Origin: Vibrio cholerae ATCC 14035
Lineage (GTDB): Bacteria > Pseudomonadota > Gammaproteobacteria > Enterobacterales > Vibrionaceae
NCBI RefSeq assembly: GCF_000621645.1
Contig: NZ_JHXR01000004.1
Span: forward strand, 150,001-182,000
Direction of reading: 5' to 3'
DNA length: 32,000 bases
Part shown: positions 1 through 8,751 of the stretch, in pieces
How the letters are laid out: every line of letters begins with the position of its first letter
How positions within the stretch are numbered: position 1 is the first letter of the stretch
Translations under genes and position numbers: made by a program
The notes under the pieces: generated by a model
Database searches by the model: none
Told to the model about the DNA's origin: nothing
What the model saw: the letters and a program-made list of their open reading frames with translations, nothing else

Positions 1-419
1 TGCGTGAACGCCCAAGTGATGTACAGCCGCTGCTTGAACTCTTCATCACCAAACACTGTAACAAGTTGGGCATGCTCAAACCTAAGTTGACCGACGATCT
101 GCTGGATAAACTCAGTCAGTATCAGTGGCCGGGCAATATGCGCCAACTGGACAATATGGTGCTGCGTGCCTTAACTGAAATTGAAGGGGATGTGCTGGGT
201 ATTGAACCGTTCCACCTACCGCAAGTGGACAGCGTAAGTTCTGCGCCTAGTATCAACCTCGATGGTTCGCTCGACGACATCATGAAGGAGTACGAATCGC
301 AAGTGTTGGATCGTCTGTTCCAATCTTTTCCTTCCAGTCGTAAGTTGGCGAAAAGACTCAATGTTTCTCACACGTCGATCGCGAATAAGCTGAGGGATTA
401 TGGAATAAGGAAGCGCTGA
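1..419 (+). CDS. tyrR: TyrR-type transcriptional regulator, C-terminal fragment (5' end lies outside the window)
   Basis: Frame 3 is open from the window edge to TGA at 417-419 (RERPSDVQPLLELFITKHCNKLGMLKP...). It contains the end of a sigma-54-type AAA+ module (QWPGNMRQLDNMV). It also has a Fis-type HTH (SSRKLAKRLNVSHTSIANKLRDYGI) that closely matches the E. coli TyrR C-terminus as I remember it. Confidence 0.85.
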   Translation, partial: RERPSDVQPLLELFITKHCNKLGMLKPKLTDDLLDKLSQYQWPGNMRQLDNMVLRALTEIEGDVLGIEPFHLPQVDSVSSAPSINLDGSLDDIMKEYESQVLDRLFQSFPSSRKLAKRLNVSHTSIANKLRDYGIRKR

Positions 420-994
420 TGAATGGATTAAACAGCGAATGCCATTTCTATCAAACCGATGGTGACATTGTTGTACGCTGCGCGCAAATCAACGACGCCG
501 AGCGTTTAAGCCAGTATTTTGTGGATAACCGAAGCCACTTGATTGAGTGGGAGCCAAGGCGTGAAGCTGAGTTTTTTACTGAGTCCGGCTGGCTGCAAAG
601 GCTAATTAAGCTCAATGAATTGCACAAAATGAAGCTCGGTTACTATCTACTGATTTTGGATGCGCAAAATGATGCCATGTTAGGCACCATCTCATTTAGC
701 AATATTATCCGCTTCCCATTCCATGCGTGTAATGTCGGTTACTCGCTGGCCTATGAGGCGCAAGGCAAAGGGATCATGACGCGTGCTTTGACGATGGCTT
801 GTCAGTACATGTTTAGCGAGCACAACATGCATCGCATAATGGCTTCTTACATTCCGCACAATAAACGCAGTGAAAATGTGCTCAAACGCGTGGGTTTCGT
901 GCTTGAGGGCCATGCTAAAGATTACTTACTGATCAACGGTAAATGGGAAGACCATAACCTGACTTCGCTGATCAATCCCAATTGGAAAGAATAA
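419..994 (+). CDS. rimJ: GNAT N-acetyltransferase, RimJ-like (ribosomal-protein-alanine acetyltransferase family)
   Basis: 191-aa ORF. The segment ISFSNIIRFPFHACNVGYSLAYEAQGKGIMTRAL...HRIMASYIPHNKRSENVLKRVGFVLEGHAKDYLLINGKWEDHNLTSL is near-collinear with E. coli RimJ as I recall it (FSNVVRGSFHACYLGY...HRIMANYMPHNKRS...EGYAKDYLLIDGQWRDH). Its ATG overlaps the tyrR stop by 1 nt (TGATG). Confidence 0.85.
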   Translation: MNGLNSECHFYQTDGDIVVRCAQINDAERLSQYFVDNRSHLIEWEPRREAEFFTESGWLQRLIKLNELHKMKLGYYLLILDAQNDAMLGTISFSNIIRFPFHACNVGYSLAYEAQGKGIMTRALTMACQYMFSEHNMHRIMASYIPHNKRSENVLKRVGFVLEGHAKDYLLINGKWEDHNLTSLINPNWKE

Positions 995-1088
995 CCCGTT
1001 CGGCGAACCCCAAACCCTTTGGGAGCACGCAAAACACATTATTGAACAAGCGAGCCAAAACGGCTGGCTGAAAGTTTAAGGAAACTCA

Positions 1089-1562
1089 ATGTCTTATTTG
1101 CCTTTGGATCAATACCAAAGAAAATGGATTTTTACCCATGCGTCGATGCCAGTGCCTGAAGCTGATCTCGCTCAGATCAAACCCATGGAGCCACTACGCG
1201 CAGCACAATTTTGGAAGGAGAACATCAGTGCGACAAGTCCTGACGCTGAGCGTTTGAGCTCTCACGACTGGCCACGCAAAGCCAATAGCTGGTCTGGTGA
1301 GACAGGCTGGATGGCGGAGTGGGAGAGCGATGAACCAGAATTGCCGGAAGCATTGGCCGCCCACCTAGCATGGCAAGATGATGTCACCGTGTATTTCTGC
1401 TACGAGAAATACAACGTACTGGAGACCAAATGGTCAGTGTTTAAGCGCCATTGGAAGAACTTCCTGTTTTACGATGATGGCCCGTTTTTGCTTGGCCGCC
1501 GGCGTAAAGAAGCGCTCTGGTTCAGTAGCGAAGGCAAAGTAAAATTCGGGCAGCGCCCATAA
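1089..1562 (+). CDS. Conserved hypothetical protein, Trp-rich and acidic (possibly the DUF2947 family; the family name is from memory only)
   Basis: 157-aa ORF with AAGGA 6 nt upstream of the ATG, followed directly by a strong hairpin terminator. I recognise no catalytic motif. Confidence 0.6.
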   Translation: MSYLPLDQYQRKWIFTHASMPVPEADLAQIKPMEPLRAAQFWKENISATSPDAERLSSHDWPRKANSWSGETGWMAEWESDEPELPEALAAHLAWQDDVTVYFCYEKYNVLETKWSVFKRHWKNFLFYDDGPFLLGRRRKEALWFSSEGKVKFGQRP

Positions 1563-1588
1563 AAAATCCGGCTTCGGCCGGATTTTTC
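1562..1588. terminator. Bidirectional rho-independent terminator between convergent genes
   Basis: AAAAATCCGGC-TTCG-GCCGGATTTTT is a perfect 11-bp stem including an A-run and a T-run. It therefore works on both strands: for the hypothetical gene (+) and rhtA (-). Confidence 0.8.
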
Positions 1589-1629
1589 TCTTCTTATTTC
1601 TTTCTTTCCTATGATTGACCGCGGTGCTT

Positions 1630-2508
1630 TTACTCTTGAGTCACTTTAGTCGGTGATTTCGCCGCGGACAGGGTAGAGCCCATGGACGCAGTAATGATCA
1701 TAAAAATCGCCAGCCACTGGCTCCATTGTAGAGTTTCACCCAAAATGGCTAACCCCGCCATCGCGGCAATCGCAGGCTCTAAGCTCATTAATACACTGAA
1801 ATGCTGTGTAGAGAGTCGGCTGAGTGCCACCATCTCAAGGCTATAAGGTAGGGCACTCGACATTACGGCGACCAGCAGTGCCATCGGCAGAATCGACCAG
1901 CTAAAAATCGAGGCTTCGGCCAATTGAGTGGCGATTGGGAAATAGATGACTGCGGCAACCAGCATCCCAATCGAAACCGTCATACCGCCTGAGCCTACGC
2001 TGCCAGCACGTTGTCCGAACCAGATGTAGCCAGCCCAAAAACCGCCAGCAATTAATGCGAGCGCAACGCCAATTGGATCTAACGCATCAACGCCGTTCAT
2101 ATCCGGTAATAAGAACACAATACCAAGAATAGCCAACGCAACCCATATCAGATCTTTCTTACGCTTAGAGGAGAGTAAGGCGAGCAGCAGTGGGCCTGAA
2201 AATTCTAACGCTACCCCAATACCCAGTGGAATACGTTCGATAGCGAAGTAAAAACTCAGCTGCATCCCACCCAAACTTGCACCATAAATGCACATAGAGC
2301 GCCATTGTGGCCAGCTGAGGCGTGCACGCCAAGGGCGGAAAATCAGCATTAAAATCAGCGCAGAGAGGCTGATGCGTAGCGCTACGGTACCGCCCGGGCC
2401 GACCAGTGGAAACAACTGTTTCGCAATCGATGCTCCGGATTGGATGGTGATCATAGCGGCGAGCAAGCTAAGAATAGCAATGAGTAAAGGAGATTTTATT
2501 GTTGGCAT
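1630..2508 (-). CDS. rhtA: EamA/DMT-family threonine/homoserine exporter RhtA
   Basis: 292-aa polytopic membrane ORF. IQSGASIAKQLFPLVGPGGTVALR..., ALEFSGPLLLALLSS and ALPYSLEMVALSRL...LMSLEPAIAA track E. coli RhtA closely as I recall it. Confidence 0.85.
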   Translation of the reverse strand: MPTIKSPLLIAILSLLAAMITIQSGASIAKQLFPLVGPGGTVALRISLSALILMLIFRPWRARLSWPQWRSMCIYGASLGGMQLSFYFAIERIPLGIGVALEFSGPLLLALLSSKRKKDLIWVALAILGIVFLLPDMNGVDALDPIGVALALIAGGFWAGYIWFGQRAGSVGSGGMTVSIGMLVAAVIYFPIATQLAEASIFSWSILPMALLVAVMSSALPYSLEMVALSRLSTQHFSVLMSLEPAIAAMAGLAILGETLQWSQWLAIFMIITASMGSTLSAAKSPTKVTQE

Positions 2509-2570
2509 AAATAATGAAAAACTCAGCAGAAAGTGCGAAGAGATTATGCCGTAAAAAGGTCTGTGGAGAT

Positions 2571-2592
2571 AGGTGGGCGTATGCGCCCACCT
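2571..2592 (-). terminator. GC-rich hairpin downstream of bsrV (weak terminator candidate)
   Basis: AGGTGGGCG-TATG-CGCCCACCT gives a 9-bp stem, 37 nt after the bsrV stop. On the minus strand the T-run sits 13 nt away rather than adjacent, so it is not a textbook intrinsic terminator. Confidence 0.4.
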
Positions 2593-2628
2593 CGATTGGG
2601 TGGTTTCTCCAAGTTGTTTGGGTATAGC

Positions 2629-3852
2629 TTATTTCACGTAGAAACGTGGGTTACTGGTTCCCCACAGCGTATACAACTCAGGGAAAATCAGCTCAGCGTT
2701 GTTTTCCATCTCACTGACCGCGATGCTTTGCTTCTGTTGCTGACCAAACAGAACCACTTCTTGACCGGGGAGCACGCCCTTAATCTCGGTCACATCAACC
2801 ACAGTGGTGTTCATCGATGTCACTCCCACGACTTTGGCGCGTTGTCCATTGATCAGCACTTCGGCTTTATTGCCCATTTTGCGCGGGTAACCATCAGAAT
2901 AACCCACAGGCAGGTTCGCCAGCACACTGTCACGGCTGGTAGTAAAAGTACTGTCATAACCCACAGTTGAGTCCTTTGGCAAATGGTGCAGCGAAGACAC
3001 ACGTGTTTTGAAAGAAACAATCGATGGGTATTCAGGGTTGGTTGGCAAATCACCAAACAACACGCCACCTGGACGAACCATGTCCAGTTGTGCTTCTGGC
3101 ACATTGAGCGCGGTGTAAGAGTTCGCAACATGCAGTGTGATCTCTTCACGTTTCAAATTGGCTTGTTGCATTAGCCAAGTTGAGCTCTCTTTGAATTGAG
3201 CCAGTTTTGCGCGCACTTCGTCCGCATTGTAATTCGGGAAGTGGGTCATAATGCCAACGACACTCAACGAAGGTTGAGTCGCAATAGAGACGGCTTCTTT
3301 CTTGCCGGCTTCCGTGGTCATATCAATGCCGTTACGGCCCATGCCGCCGTCATTCAGCGCGATGTGAACTTTGAGCGTTTTACCACTTTGTTTGGCAAGC
3401 TCCGCCAGATCGAGGGCTTGTTGGTGGGTACCAATCAGCTCTTCGATATTGAGATCGAGTGCCGAGGACATTTCACTTAGGCTGGCAGAGCGCACACGGA
3501 TCAGTTCACCTTTAAAGCCACTTTCACGCACCGCACGCGCCTCTGCATTACTTGCCACCCCCACACAAGGAATGCCTTGCGCGATAATGGTCGGCATTAA
3601 ACCACGAATACCGTTACCGTAAGCGTCGGCTTTCATGATGGCGCAAATTTTGGTGTTGGCGTTCATGTGTGATTTGAATTGTTCAATGTTGCTTTGGAAT
3701 TGGCCTAAGCTAATCTCCAGCCAAGAATTACTTTGCTGAATTTGAGCGGCATCCGGTAAAGCGGTGTCGATGTGTAATGGCGCAGCAGAGAGAGAGAAAG
3801 AAGGCAAAGTCGCCGCGATAGAGAGAGAAAGCAGCGTGGCTTTAAAATGCAT
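2629..3852 (-). CDS. bsrV: Periplasmic broad-spectrum amino-acid racemase (PLP-dependent, alanine-racemase fold)
   Basis: The ORF track gives 2629..3915. I place the start at ATG 3852 because AGGAG lies 5 nt upstream and the product then begins with a Sec signal peptide ([26 protein letters not shown]). The PLP-lysine motif [11 protein letters not shown] and Alr-fold motifs ([27 protein letters not shown]) are present. Confidence 0.9.
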
Positions 3853-3882
3853 GATATCTCCTGTGGTTATCATTGATGGAAC

Positions 3883-3929
3883 ATTCTTCTTGCGACTGAG
3901 AAGCGGCTGCTCCAAGTCGCAAGAAGAAT
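3883..3929 (-). other. 15-bp perfect inverted repeat (17-nt loop) in the mcp-bsrV spacer
   Basis: ATTCTTCTTGCGACT (3883-3897) pairs perfectly with AGTCGCAAGAAGAAT (3915-3929). No T-run follows on the minus strand. It could be an intercistronic stem-loop or a protein-binding palindrome. Confidence 0.6.
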
Positions 3930-3963
3930 AGAGAAAGACGCCGCCCTGTAGGTAGCGTGAAAA

Positions 3964-5595
3964 TTAACGAATCTTAAATCGGCGTAGTGTATCTTGTAGC
4001 GAAACCGCGAGCTGAGTCAGTTCACGACAAGCTTGGGCTGTCTGTTGTGAACCCTGCGCGACTTCTTGTGACGCCAAGTGAATGTTTTCCACATTGCGGC
4101 TGAGTTCATCCGCGACCGAATCTTGTTCACTACATGCGCTGGCGATTTGTGTACCCACATCGGCGATATTGGCAATCGACTCTTCGATAGAGATCATCAA
4201 AGACTGAGAGTGGTTACCTTGTTCCACACACTTATCGATACTCGAGCGAGAACGTTCAGTCGCATCTTTGGCTTGTTTGGCCATGACTTGCAGTTTTTCA
4301 ATAATCGTGGTGATTTCACCGGTTGAATCTTGGGTACGACCCGCCAGAGTCCGAACTTCATCCGCAACCACCGCAAAGCCGCGACCTGATTCACCGGCAC
4401 GTGCCGCTTCGATAGCCGCGTTGAGCGCGAGGAGGTTGGTTTGGTCGGCAATACTGCGGATCACATCAACCACAACGTTGATCTGGCTAGATTGCTGCTC
4501 AAGTTCACTCACAGTTTGACCCGCCTCTCCGATAATATCGGCCACTTGTTGGATCGAGCGAACCATAGAAGCATTTTCACGAGCCCCTTCTTGTGACTTG
4601 TGATTGGCTGCCATCGCTTGGCTAGCGGAGTCTTCGGTGTTACGAGCTACGTCCGCCACTGCCGCTTTCATTTGCGCCATTGCTGTTGCTACTTGAGTGA
4701 TTTGGTACTGCTGCTCTTTCATACCATCTGCAGATTGGTTAGAGATCTGCGTCATCTCTTCTACTGCGCTACTAAGCTGAGTCACCGCTGAAATGATTTC
4801 ATCAATCAGTTGACGGAGGTTTTGCTGCATCTGCTCAGACGCATTGGCCAAGGTTCCCAATTCGTCGTTACCAATAGAGGAGCGATCCATCGTCTGCGAC
4901 AGATCGCCTTTGGCAATCGCATTCGACTGCTTCATCACAATCGCCAACGGACCGCAGATTAGGCGAGTTAACAGCCAAGTCATGAGCACCATGATGGCTA
5001 AAATAGCGATATTGCTGGCCACTGAGGTGGAGTTGAGCGTCTTCACTGAACTTAAGATTTGCACTTTGTTGCTGTCCATGGCTTGATGCAAAATGCCGAT
5101 CAGGAGCGTGAAATCGCTCTCTAACGCTTCGAAAGTACTGAGTGAGTTGGCCAAAATGGGGTAAGCGTCATCGGCACCTTGGGTCAAAAGCGTCTGGTTA
5201 AATTGATCGGTGACCGCCGTGTAAGCATTCCAATTTCCCATGAGACGTTTGAAGGTTTGCTCTTCTTCGCCCGGCCATACGGTTTTACCGTAAGCCACCA
5301 GAGAATCGTTGATTTCTGCTTGAACGCGATTATTACGCTCGATAGTTTGGCGAATTTGCGCTTCATCTTTCATTGGCAGTACCGCAAACTGGGTACGCCG
5401 CCAGTAAGACATCTTGTCTTTTATCGCATCGACATTTTCCATTGCCGGTAAGGTGTCATCGGTGTAGTTGAGTAATTCAGATTGGATTTTATCTAGCTCT
5501 GAAATCAGGTAGATGGCGAATCCTAGGCTAATTACTGCAATAACCGAAAACGAGGCTGCAATTTTTTTGCCTATCGACAAGTTTTTTAGAAACAT
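3964..5595 (-). CDS. Methyl-accepting chemotaxis protein. By its position upstream of bsrV it should be the V. cholerae D-Arg/D-Lys chemoreceptor (MCP-DRK, VC1313).
   Basis: 543 aa. N-terminal TM ([20 protein letters not shown]), a periplasmic helical sensor of about 160 aa, and a second TM ([24 protein letters not shown]). These are followed by HAMP and the conserved signalling tip [31 protein letters not shown]. Confidence 0.9.
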   Translation of the reverse strand: MFLKNLSIGKKIAASFSVIAVISLGFAIYLISELDKIQSELLNYTDDTLPAMENVDAIKDKMSYWRRTQFAVLPMKDEAQIRQTIERNNRVQAEINDSLVAYGKTVWPGEEEQTFKRLMGNWNAYTAVTDQFNQTLLTQGADDAYPILANSLSTFEALESDFTLLIGILHQAMDSNKVQILSSVKTLNSTSVASNIAILAIMVLMTWLLTRLICGPLAIVMKQSNAIAKGDLSQTMDRSSIGNDELGTLANASEQMQQNLRQLIDEIISAVTQLSSAVEEMTQISNQSADGMKEQQYQITQVATAMAQMKAAVADVARNTEDSASQAMAANHKSQEGARENASMVRSIQQVADIIGEAGQTVSELEQQSSQINVVVDVIRSIADQTNLLALNAAIEAARAGESGRGFAVVADEVRTLAGRTQDSTGEITTIIEKLQVMAKQAKDATERSRSSIDKCVEQGNHSQSLMISIEESIANIADVGTQIASACSEQDSVADELSRNVENIHLASQEVAQGSQQTAQACRELTQLAVSLQDTLRRFKIR

Positions 5596-5699
5596 GAATG
5601 TTTTACCTTTAGATTGATGTCACTCAAAGTCGCGTGAATAACAACATCCTTATCTGCGACAAAGTTACGTATGTCCCAAAGTCGGCGCATACTATCATT

Positions 5700-5714
5700 T
5701 CAATTGTCAATTGA
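5700..5714. promoter_or_regulatory. 15-nt perfect palindrome TCAATTGTCAATTGA in the divergent mcp / DASS promoter region
   Basis: Read directly from the sequence. It lies about 105 bp upstream of the mcp ATG in an AT-rich 381-bp intergenic region. The binding protein is unknown. Confidence 0.25.
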
Positions 5715-5976
5715 CGACTCTTATAAATAAAGTTAGCAAATGCCACAGAAAGCGCAGATAAATTTATTTATGTTTTTATTATTTCTGCCTTAAGAGCCAT
5801 TTTCAGTGAACGATTTGTTAACTGTGACTCACTTTTGTGTATTCCCCTGTTAAGAAACTTTAATCATTGATCTAACACCAAACATTTCTTTTTTAAGCAT
5901 CAATAATGACGATTGCCGCGGTGATAGCGTGCCAGCTCCTCGCCAAACACATAATCGATTCTCAGGAAGAGTGAAT

Positions 5977-7392
5977 ATGATGCGCCCTTATCTTAAATAT
6001 ATTATTCCGTTGCTGATCCCCATGTTGGTCTTGATGCTTCCTGCCACCGCATTCCCTTTCGAAGGGCTGACTGTCATACAACAAAGGGTCATCGCGATTT
6101 TCCTATTAGCGGCGCTCTTGTGGGTATTTGAACCGATTCCTATCTATTCCACGTCGGTGGTGATCATTGTGCTCGAAGTGCTGATGCTTTCCGATAAAGG
6201 CTTCATTTTGTTTCGGTTGGGTGAGGGGACAAGCGAATTTGGTGCTTTGCTGAAATCAACTGAAATCATGGCAACCTTTGCCAACCCTATTATCATGCTG
6301 TTTTTAGGCGGTTTTTTCCTCGCGATGGCCGCAACCAAATACCGGCTGGATGTCAACTTAGCCCGCGTACTGCTCAAACCATTTGGCAATAATCCGAAGT
6401 ACGTGATGTTGGGTTTAATGATGATCACCGCAGTGTTCTCGATGTTTATGTCGAACACAGCTACTACGGCCATGATGCTCTCTATTTTAACGCCAGTGAT
6501 TGCTGTTTTTGGCCCTAAAGATCCGGGGCGTGTGGCGTTTGCGCTCTGTATTCCGGTGGCCGCTAATATTGGAGGTATTGGTACTCCCATAGGGACGCCA
6601 CCCAATGCAATCGCGTTGAAATATTTGGTGGGCGATAACTTAATTACGTTTGCCGAATGGATGGCATTTGGGATCCCGTTCGTGGTGATTTTAATGGCGC
6701 TCGCTTGGCTGCTGATTGAGTTTATGTATCGCGCGGAGCAGAAAACCATTGAATTAACCATCAAAGGTAAGTTTTTAAAAACGCCCAAAGCCATCATTGT
6801 TTACATCACATTTGCGTCGACCATTTTATTGTGGATGCTCGGTTCACTGCACGGTATGAACTCCTATTCAGTCGCCTTAATCCCTGTCGCGGTCTTTTCG
6901 GTGACCGGCATTATTGGCAAAGAAGATTTAAAAATGATCTCTTGGGATGTGTTGTGGTTAGTTTCTGGTGGTATTGCTTTAGGTTTAGCCTTAGATAAAA
7001 CCGGTCTGGCAGAACTGGTTGTTCACAGTATTCCGTTTGACCAATATTCGCCCTATGTCGTGATTCTCGGTGCGGCTATCCTCTGTTTGCTGATGGCGAA
7101 TTTTATGTCACACACCGCGACTGCTAACTTGCTGATGCCTATCATGGCCGCGCTTGGGGCATCCATGACGCCACTCAATCCTTTGGGCGGTGAGGTGACG
7201 CTGATTCTGGTGGTCACTTTTGCGGCGTCTTTAGGGATGTCATTGCCGATCAGTACGCCACCGAATGCGCTGGCTCATGCAACAGGGAATGTACAGAGCC
7301 AACAAATGGCAAAAGTGGGCATTATCTTGGGGATTTTTGGGGTACTGATGAGCTTTGTGATGGTGTGGATCCTCAACATGGTCGGCCATTAA
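5977..7392 (+). CDS. DASS (SLC13/INDY-like) family anion:sodium symporter
   Basis: The ORF track starts at GTG 5929. I prefer ATG 5977 because AGGAAG lies 7 nt upstream. The product is polytopic with the two DASS hairpin-tip motifs, FMSNTATTAMML and FMSHTATANLLMP (the second reads S-H-T instead of S-N-T). Confidence 0.8.
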   Translation: MMRPYLKYIIPLLIPMLVLMLPATAFPFEGLTVIQQRVIAIFLLAALLWVFEPIPIYSTSVVIIVLEVLMLSDKGFILFRLGEGTSEFGALLKSTEIMATFANPIIMLFLGGFFLAMAATKYRLDVNLARVLLKPFGNNPKYVMLGLMMITAVFSMFMSNTATTAMMLSILTPVIAVFGPKDPGRVAFALCIPVAANIGGIGTPIGTPPNAIALKYLVGDNLITFAEWMAFGIPFVVILMALAWLLIEFMYRAEQKTIELTIKGKFLKTPKAIIVYITFASTILLWMLGSLHGMNSYSVALIPVAVFSVTGIIGKEDLKMISWDVLWLVSGGIALGLALDKTGLAELVVHSIPFDQYSPYVVILGAAILCLLMANFMSHTATANLLMPIMAALGASMTPLNPLGGEVTLILVVTFAASLGMSLPISTPPNALAHATGNVQSQQMAKVGIILGIFGVLMSFVMVWILNMVGH

Positions 7393-7401
7393 GGAAACGT
7401 T

Positions 7402-8751
7402 ATGTCCAACTTAGCGGCCGTTATTGAGCGCTATTTCAACCATGCCGATCGCTGTATTACCTTACCGGCTGGGTCAATTTTGCTTGCCCAAAATGGTTAT
7501 AACGATCGGCTTTACTATTTACGAAGTGGCCACGTTTCTGGCTATTTTGCGGAAAAAGGTGAGCGGCGCATTAAAGTTTTTTCTGCCGCTTCCGGCGCAT
7601 TTATTGGGGTACACAGTTTTTTCTCTGGCTTGTGGACGGCGTCATCCACTGTGATTGCCGATAGTGAGGTCGAGTTAGCGTGGATTGATCGTGATACACC
7701 AGTGCAGGATGTGGAGCAGTATGGTTCACTCAGCACTCAATTCATGCCTGTGATTGTGGCTGAGTTATCTCAGCGGCAGCGAAGAGCCACTCAAGAAGCG
7801 GTTGCCAAAGAACGTGCTTTAGAGCGGCTATATTCTGCTGAGCAGATGACGACGCTGGGCCAGCTCGCGGCGGGCATTGCTCATGAGCTCAACAATGCGA
7901 TTGGGGTGGTCAGCAGTAAAACAGAACGCCTAGAAGCCTTGTTTATGGAGTTACTGGAAGAAGTGCATCCAGAAGCGAGTCAGTTTTTCGATTTTGGTTT
8001 GCTGTTTGGGCAGAAAGTGTCGTCCAGTGAAGCGCGTGAACGCGGTGCTGTGTTTGAAAAGCAGTATCAGCTACCCAAAGATATCGCCCGCGAGTTAGCC
8101 CGCGCGGTTCCCGCTAATGAGCTTTCCGCTCACTGGCTGAAAAATCCGCATTTAGCGATTCGTTATTGGCAGATGGGGCGAGATTTGCATGACTTGCGAT
8201 TGGCCGCAAAACATTCGGTTGGGATAGTCAAATCGGTTAAGCAGCTTGGTCGAGCGGATATTCGCTTGGATGAAGAAGTGGATTTGAACAGCACCATCAA
8301 TCGCGCTTTGGCCCTGTTACAAAGTGACTTACGTCGTGTGTCCGTGCGGATGCGTCCGGGAAGTTTACCCATCATCAAAGGCTCGCAAACCGAGTGGGTA
8401 CAGGTGTGGATCAATTTAATTAAAAACGCCTGTGATGCGATGGCGCAAACCACGGAACCTACGATTGATATTCAAACCCGCTGTTCTCGCCAGCGTCTAT
8501 ACGTGACGGTCGCCAATAATGGACCAGAAATAGATGAGGCCACGCGGCGTAAGATTTTCCAACCCAGTTTTACCACCAAGAAAGAGGGGCTCTCGTTTGG
8601 GCTTGGGCTGGGGCTGGCGATTGTCAAACGTATTGTCTCTGGCTATGGCGGAACCGTTGCGGTGAAAAGCGATCAGGACAAAACCATTTTTAGGATTAAA
8701 TTACCAGTTGAGGGATACCATGGAGAAACTGAACATCATTTGCGTGGATGA
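7402..8751 (+). CDS. Soluble sensor histidine kinase with an N-terminal cyclic-nucleotide-binding-like (CAP/Crp beta-barrel) domain
   Basis: 449 aa with no TM segment. The N-terminus TLPAGSILLAQNGYNDRLYYLRSGHVSGYF...FIGVHSFF...STVIADSEVELAWI has the cNMP-domain pattern. H-box AAGIAHELNNAIGVV, N-box LIKNACDAM, G1 NNGPEI, F FQPSFTTK and G2 GLGLGLAIV are present. The start lies 9 nt after the DASS stop, with an AAGGA Shine-Dalgarno. Confidence 0.85.
   Translation: MSNLAAVIERYFNHADRCITLPAGSILLAQNGYNDRLYYLRSGHVSGYFAEKGERRIKVFSAASGAFIGVHSFFSGLWTASSTVIADSEVELAWIDRDTPVQDVEQYGSLSTQFMPVIVAELSQRQRRATQEAVAKERALERLYSAEQMTTLGQLAAGIAHELNNAIGVVSSKTERLEALFMELLEEVHPEASQFFDFGLLFGQKVSSSEARERGAVFEKQYQLPKDIARELARAVPANELSAHWLKNPHLAIRYWQMGRDLHDLRLAAKHSVGIVKSVKQLGRADIRLDEEVDLNSTINRALALLQSDLRRVSVRMRPGSLPIIKGSQTEWVQVWINLIKNACDAMAQTTEPTIDIQTRCSRQRLYVTVANNGPEIDEATRRKIFQPSFTTKKEGLSFGLGLGLAIVKRIVSGYGGTVAVKSDQDKTIFRIKLPVEGYHGETEHHLRG

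Noticed and set aside
3853-3915. N-terminal extension of bsrV to ATG 3915, and similar extensions of tctB to 26159, prpB to 28612, mglA to 19130, the DASS gene to 5929 and the nqrM-like gene to 17023
   Set aside because: In each case an internal ATG has a much better Shine-Dalgarno. It also gives the expected N-terminus: a signal peptide, homologue-collinear start or TM start. The extensions add non-conserved residues.
6144-6797. 217-aa minus-strand ORF inside the DASS transporter gene
   Set aside because: It is an antisense shadow of a membrane-protein gene, with no start context or family resemblance.
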